From contig JAJXYF010000005.1 in NCBI GenBank assembly GCA_021780755.1, forward strand, positions 105,031 to 169,030: 64,000 bases of DNA, given 5' to 3'. Below, in pieces: positions 63,916-64,000 of this stretch. The stretch's first letter is position 1. The number at the start of each line of letters is the position of its first letter. Below the pieces are notes generated by a model, which saw only the letters and a list, made by a program, of their open reading frames with translations, was not told where the DNA came from and searched no databases. The stretch comes from Deltaproteobacteria bacterium. Its GTDB lineage: Bacteria; Desulfobacterota; Binatia; Binatales; Binataceae. The position numbers and the translations under genes were made by a program.

Positions 63916-63975
63916 AAAAGGGAAGTCTGAAACCTTCATCAGGTTTCAGGAAACTAAGGTTTTGTGTTCCGCAAC
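63916..63975 (+). repeat. TGAAACC-hairpin repeat family, copy m (short form)
   Basis: AAAAGGGAAGTCTGAAACCTTCATCAGGTTTCAGGAAACTAAGGTTTTGTGTTCCGCAAC, near the right edge of the window. Confidence 0.8.
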
Positions 63976-64000
63976 CACTGCCCTGGCAGGACGGCGGCGG

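Overview
This is a GC-rich bacterial chromosomal segment with about 60 protein-coding genes. By eye I found no rRNA, tRNA, CRISPR array, transposase, integrase-with-att or phage genes. Taxon is not assigned.

Left half, about 1-33 kb. This part is ordinary and tightly packed:
- A translationally coupled run on the + strand: cell-wall amidase, glnD, xerD, M50 protease, scpA, scpB.
- dnaB and a rhomboid protease.
- Small redox and hydrolase genes.
- A LuxR-type two-component pair next to a UPF0182 membrane protein.
- A TPP-decarboxylase / acyl-CoA synthetase pair.
- The prkA-yeaH-spoVR operon.

Right half, about 33-64 kb. This part is a mosaic of accessory metabolic genes and a housekeeping block:
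- Accessory genes: amidase, methyltransferases, HxlR, HCCA isomerase, SDR, alpha/beta hydrolase, two crotonases plus fadD, amidohydrolase, P450, LLM oxidoreductase, flavin reductase.
- Housekeeping block: efp, rsfS, nadD, proA, proB, obg, rpmA, rplU.

Main observation. The right half carries at least 12 copies of one modular, AT-rich hairpin repeat family, and the left half carries none.
- The core is GGGAAGTC-TGAAACCT-loop-AGGTTTCA-GGAAnCTATAAGTTTTGAGTTCCTCAAC. Long forms add about 100-200 nt of upstream modules.
- Copies always sit between genes and bracket single genes or gene pairs, as direct or as inverted pairs.
- One copy has terminal inverted repeats and a 5-bp target-site duplication.
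- Two copies lie next to gene remnants, and one sits where the conserved rpmA-obg junction has been split by an inserted gene.
- I read this as an undescribed MITE-like or recombination-site-like element family that marks gene insertion points. I cannot name it from memory and cannot test it here.

Other notable items:
- A perfect consensus parS centromere site.
- Two desulforedoxin-like mini-proteins, one below the ORF-track size cutoff.
- A secreted triple-repeat protein with an NPYG-rich tail.
- A DnaQ/GIY-YIG fusion.

All product calls rest on motifs recognised by eye in the supplied translations. No database search was run.
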